Assembly: GCF_012641475.1 (NCBI RefSeq)
Contig: NZ_JABAIL010000011.1
Span: forward strand, 75,384 to 107,383
Reading direction: 5' to 3'
Origin: Flammeovirga agarivorans
GTDB lineage: Bacteria > Bacteroidota > Bacteroidia > Cytophagales > Flammeovirgaceae
DNA: 32,000 nt
Made by a program: the position numbers and the translations under genes. The notes under the pieces are model-generated. The model saw nothing but the letters and a program-made list of their open reading frames with translations, had not been told where the DNA came from and did no database searches. Below, piece by piece: positions 28,843-32,000 of the stretch. Position 1 is the first letter of the stretch; each line of letters opens with the position of its first letter.

Positions 28843-30387
28843 CTACCAATCAATTGGGAAATAATCTTTTAAGAATTTTCCAGACCAATGTTTTCCAGAA
28901 TTGATACCATCGATCAGTGGATCAAGTACTCTGGCAGCACCATCCACAATATCTAATGGCGGTTGGAAATCATGTACTTCTTCTTTTTTCTTAGAGATAT
29001 GAGCAGGATCTTCATCTGTTACCCATCCCGTATCAACCGCATTCATGTATATACCTTCCTTGGCTAAAGTAGCAGCTGAAGTATGCGTTAACATGTTCAA
29101 TGCAGCTTTTGCCATATTGGTATGTGGATGACGGTCTTCTTTATGGAAACGGTGGAATTTACCTTCCATTGCAGATACGTTAATGATATGTTTTTTACCC
29201 GTATTATCTGCTTGCATTAACTTAGATAAACGGTTACATAATACAAATGGTGCAATAGAGTTAACCAATTGAACTTCTACCATCTCTGGTGTTTCAATTT
29301 CTCCGATTCTTAACCTCCAGCTATTGGTTTTTCTAAGATCTACTTGTTGTAAATCAACATCTAATTTACCTTCAGGGAAGACTTCTTTTGTTTGAATAGA
29401 GTTATCAAAACTATATGGAATCTGTGAAAGTTTTGCGGAAGCTCGGATACCGATACCTGCTTCAGTAGTACTCCATTTTACAGGTAAACGTCTATTTTTT
29501 GCACTAGAGCTATCTTCAGATAAATCTTGTAGCTGTTCTAAACAATATTGATGTTCAGATAACAAGTGTTGTGTCTCTGGAGCTAATAATGCGAAAGGCT
29601 TTTCTTCATCGTCCATCATATGAGCATAGAAACCAGAAGGTCTTCTTACTGTTTGTGCAGCGTTATTGATAAGAATATCCAAACGACCGTACTTTTGCTC
29701 TATATAATTACAGAATATTTCTACACTTGGGATATGTCTTAAGTCAAGACCATGAATTTTTAGGCGGTCTTTCCAAACATGATAATCCTCTTCTTTCGAA
29801 AATCTTTTTGCAGAATCTACAGGGAAACGAGTTGTAGCGACAACCGTTGCTCCTGAACGAAGTAGAATGAGAGTGATATGATAACCAATCTTTAATCTCG
29901 AACCTGTTACTACGGCAATTTGCCCAGTGAGGTCAGCCTCTTGGAAGCGTTTTGCATAGTTAAAGTCTCCACACTCAGGACACATCTGATCATAAAAATG
30001 ATGCAATTGAGTGTATTCCTTTTTACATACATAACAGTTTCTCGGAGATTCCAATTGTGGCATATCAACAGGAATGTTATGTTCTTCAAGAATTTTTGGA
30101 GCAATGAAAATATGATTTTCTCTAGCACTTCTAATTCCTGTGAATTTACGAGCATGACGGTCTTTTTCTTGTTGTTTTCTTTTGGCCGCCTTCTTTTTAT
30201 CCTTACGTCTACTTTCAAATTCATCACGGTTGGGTCTTGTAAGTTTCCCTGCCGCCTTCATTAAAGCAATACGTTTCTCCTCAGGTATTTCGAATAATAT
30301 ATTGGTATTCTCAAGTATATCTTCCAAGATAGAAGTACACTTTTCAATATCAGATTCGTTAATATTTTTTTTCTCTTCTTCCTGCAT
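28843..30387 (-). CDS. Atypical extended SDR-fold protein with an N-terminal acidic/basic region and a CxxC-x14-CxxC zinc ribbon
   Basis: Rossmann motif [11 protein letters not shown], then NNAA, NVSAMEG and MAKAAL. N-terminal features: [22 protein letters not shown] and [22 protein letters not shown]. The ATG at 30387 is preferred over the TTG at 30402. Confidence 0.7.
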   Translation of the reverse strand: MQEEEKKNINESDIEKCTSILEDILENTNILFEIPEEKRIALMKAAGKLTRPNRDEFESRRKDKKKAAKRKQQEKDRHARKFTGIRSARENHIFIAPKILEEHNIPVDMPQLESPRNCYVCKKEYTQLHHFYDQMCPECGDFNYAKRFQEADLTGQIAVVTGSRLKIGYHITLILLRSGATVVATTRFPVDSAKRFSKEEDYHVWKDRLKIHGLDLRHIPSVEIFCNYIEQKYGRLDILINNAAQTVRRPSGFYAHMMDDEEKPFALLAPETQHLLSEHQYCLEQLQDLSEDSSSAKNRRLPVKWSTTEAGIGIRASAKLSQIPYSFDNSIQTKEVFPEGKLDVDLQQVDLRKTNSWRLRIGEIETPEMVEVQLVNSIAPFVLCNRLSKLMQADNTGKKHIINVSAMEGKFHRFHKEDRHPHTNMAKAALNMLTHTSAATLAKEGIYMNAVDTGWVTDEDPAHISKKKEEVHDFQPPLDIVDGAARVLDPLIDGINSGKHWSGKFLKDYFPIDW

Positions 30388-30416
30388 TTTTCTTTCCTTC
30401 AATAAAAATATGTCAC

Positions 30417-30424
30417 CAAAGGTA
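30417..30424 (-). promoter_or_regulatory. Bacteroidota-type -7 box (TAnnTTTG) for the Zn-ribbon SDR gene
   Basis: The minus strand reads TACCTTTG exactly, 29 nt upstream of the ATG at 30387. Confidence 0.4.
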
Positions 30425-30623
30425 GGAAATAACTTATATATATTTTGATTGAAGTAATATCCAATGAAAAATCTCCGAATAAATCACATCTGTTATAGAT
30501 TTTACCCACAAGAAAGAACGTTGTATTAAGGTTTATTGTTGAGTTAAAGTGACCTCACATGTATTGATTTTGATGACATCATTGTTATCTTTATTTCATT
30601 ATAAAAACACCAATTATTAATCC

Positions 30624-31166
30624 ATGGAATATTTAGAATTAACCTCATACGAAGCTGAAATCAAAAATCTTGAAACACTATTTCAGCAAACTTTTGGAGA
30701 TGCTGAAGGAGCAGCAGAAGGTAAAAATATTGGGCAATTGGTCCATGGATTGTTAACGACCACTCCTAAAGACGAAATCCGAGTTTTTGTAGCTAAAAAT
30801 GATGAAGAATTTATAGGTAGTATTTTACTTACAAAGTTTGGTAACGAGCAAAATATTAATGCCTATTTATTGTCTCCTGTTGCTGTTAGTACAAAACATC
30901 AAGGAAAGAAAATAGGTCAGCAATTGATCAATTTTGCATTTTCACAGTTAAAGGTTGATGGAGTAGAAACAGTGGTTTCTTATGGTGATCCTAACTTTTA
31001 TTCGAGAGTAGGTTTCCAGCAAATTACAGAAGAGGTAATTACTTCCCCTCATCATCTAAGTTTTCCTATTGGTTGGATAGCTGCTCCTTTACAATCGGAT
31101 CAGATTACTCCCATGGTAGGAAAAAATACTTGTGCTCCAGCTTTAGATGATCCTAAATTTTGGTAA
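30624..31166 (+). CDS. GNAT-family N-acetyltransferase (YhbS-like)
   Basis: Acetyl-CoA-binding segment: VAVSTKHQGKKIGQQLINFA. C-terminal YGDPNFYSRVGF is typical of YhbS-like GNATs. Confidence 0.7.
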   Translation: MEYLELTSYEAEIKNLETLFQQTFGDAEGAAEGKNIGQLVHGLLTTTPKDEIRVFVAKNDEEFIGSILLTKFGNEQNINAYLLSPVAVSTKHQGKKIGQQLINFAFSQLKVDGVETVVSYGDPNFYSRVGFQQITEEVITSPHHLSFPIGWIAAPLQSDQITPMVGKNTCAPALDDPKFW

Positions 31167-31289
31167 ATATCATCTAAGCAAGCCTTCGTTTTGTTTTTAG
31201 AGGAAAAGAATGTCTAGTGGTATGCAGTATTTGTGATTGAATGGGTATTTTATTAAAATGATATAAAGAACCTAAAAACCAATTATACA

Positions 31290-31544
31290 ATGCAGGAACC
31301 TACTAAAGAACAAGAAGAAGTGGCTATCAAAAAAATCATTTCCATGATCAATGCTAACGGAGGGCCTAATATCGGCCATTACCTGAGTCATTATTTGGAA
31401 CTGGATTATCATTATAAAACATCCGAAGGAAAAGGACAGCTGTCTAGAGTAGGTGTCTATGAATATACCTTCGAGAGTAAAGTACCTGATGAAGAAAATA
31501 TTCAGTTGATTCGTGAAAAGTTTGAATTCACTGATGAGGACTAA
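31290..31544 (+). CDS. Hypothetical small acidic protein (84 aa)
   Basis: Clean ORF followed by a strong terminator. I recognise no family. Confidence 0.4.
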   Translation: MQEPTKEQEEVAIKKIISMINANGGPNIGHYLSHYLELDYHYKTSEGKGQLSRVGVYEYTFESKVPDEENIQLIREKFEFTDED

Positions 31545-31546
31545 AC

Positions 31547-31583
31547 AAAAATCCCGAATAGAAATCGTCTATTCGGGATTTTT
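31547..31583. terminator. Bidirectional rho-independent terminator
   Basis: Perfect 15-bp stem aaaaatcccgaatag (31547-31561) / ctattcgggattttt (31569-31583) with a 7-nt loop. It lies between convergent genes. Confidence 0.8.
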
Positions 31584-31585
31584 GT

Positions 31586-32000
31586 TTACTGCATTGGAGT
31601 CGACCACAACATAAAGTTCTCTTCATGATTAATTCGCCTTGCATTGGGCTGCTGACTTCCATCTGATTGCTCTTTTACCTCTTTTGATACATAATTTAAA
31701 AGTTCCTCCACAGTTACTTTATTGTCTTTATTATTGTCTGCTACTGTATTAGAAATAGCCTGTCTAAGGTAATAAGTAAATAGACCGTTGTTATATTCTT
31801 CACCTTCCGATGCATATTCATTTCCGCCTGCACTTGAAATAATTGTTGCTCCTGTATCTCTTCTTAAATCTGTGAAAATATTCTGCATAAATTCAAAAGA
31901 AGAAGTAGTGGGTAGAGGGAGTTTGGGAACAAGCCCTCTGGCATAAGAAGAGACAATTTTCACTTCATTATTTTCAGCAAGAGGTGTGGTAGGAGATGTA
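31586..32000 (-). CDS. Caspase-like (peptidase C14) family protein, C-terminal part (N-terminus lies beyond the window end)
   Basis: The frame stays open from 31963 to nt 32000, and the track start is an internal GTG. The pattern ATIISSAGGNEYASE...NGLFTYYLRQAI...DNNKDNKVTVEELLNYV...QQP matches the segment distal to the catalytic Cys in bacterial caspase/metacaspase homologues. Confidence 0.55.
   Translation of the reverse strand, partial: TSPTTPLAENNEVKIVSSYARGLVPKLPLPTTSSFEFMQNIFTDLRRDTGATIISSAGGNEYASEGEEYNNGLFTYYLRQAISNTVADNNKDNKVTVEELLNYVSKEVKEQSDGSQQPNARRINHEENFMLWSTPMQ

Noticed and set aside
29910-30448. Three extra ORFs (29910-30227 minus, 29920-30264 plus, 30182-30448 plus) overlapping the 5' part of the Zn-ribbon SDR gene
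   Set aside because: The region encodes a Lys/Glu/Arg-rich segment (A/G-rich DNA), which leaves alternative frames open by chance. Only the 28843-30387 frame continues into a recognisable fold and has a promoter box upstream.

Overview
The window looks like chromosomal DNA from a marine Bacteroidota, of a Cytophagia/Flavobacteriia type. This is inferred from the low GC content, SusC/SusD pairs, lipoprotein signals and exact TAnnTTTG -7 boxes. Four blocks are visible. (1) nt 2-12405 is a nearly complete alginate utilisation locus: SusD 3' end, PKD/CBM surface lipoprotein, PL6 lyase, PL17 oligoalginate lyase, MFS uronate permease, SDR DEH reductase, KdgK, KDPG aldolase, and a modular CBM-F5/8-PL7 lyase. 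(2) nt 12708-25246 is a second PUL-like cluster of unknown substrate. It opens with a membrane-spanning TPR/LuxR-HTH one-component regulator, followed by a GH63-like lipoprotein, a GH2 beta-galactosidase, a split LysO/DUF340 transporter pair and SusC/SusD. (3) nt 25308-28194 is a divergently organised thiol/quinone-stress module: aldo-keto reductase <- HxlR <> MdaB-like quinone reductase -> CxxC peroxiredoxin-like protein. Two inverted repeats overlap the divergent -7 boxes. (4) nt 28259-32000 is a miscellaneous accessory stretch holding DUF4174, an atypical Zn-ribbon/basic-patch SDR that lacks the catalytic Tyr, a GNAT, an 84-aa orphan, and a caspase-like gene truncated by the window end. I found no rRNA, tRNA, CRISPR array, integrase or transposase. 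The candidates I consider least described are the Zn-ribbon SDR, the TPR-TM-LuxR regulator with its GH63/GH2/LysO/SusCD cluster, and the interleaved RNA stems between the MFS and SDR genes. All functional calls rest on motif recognition by eye; no database search was possible.
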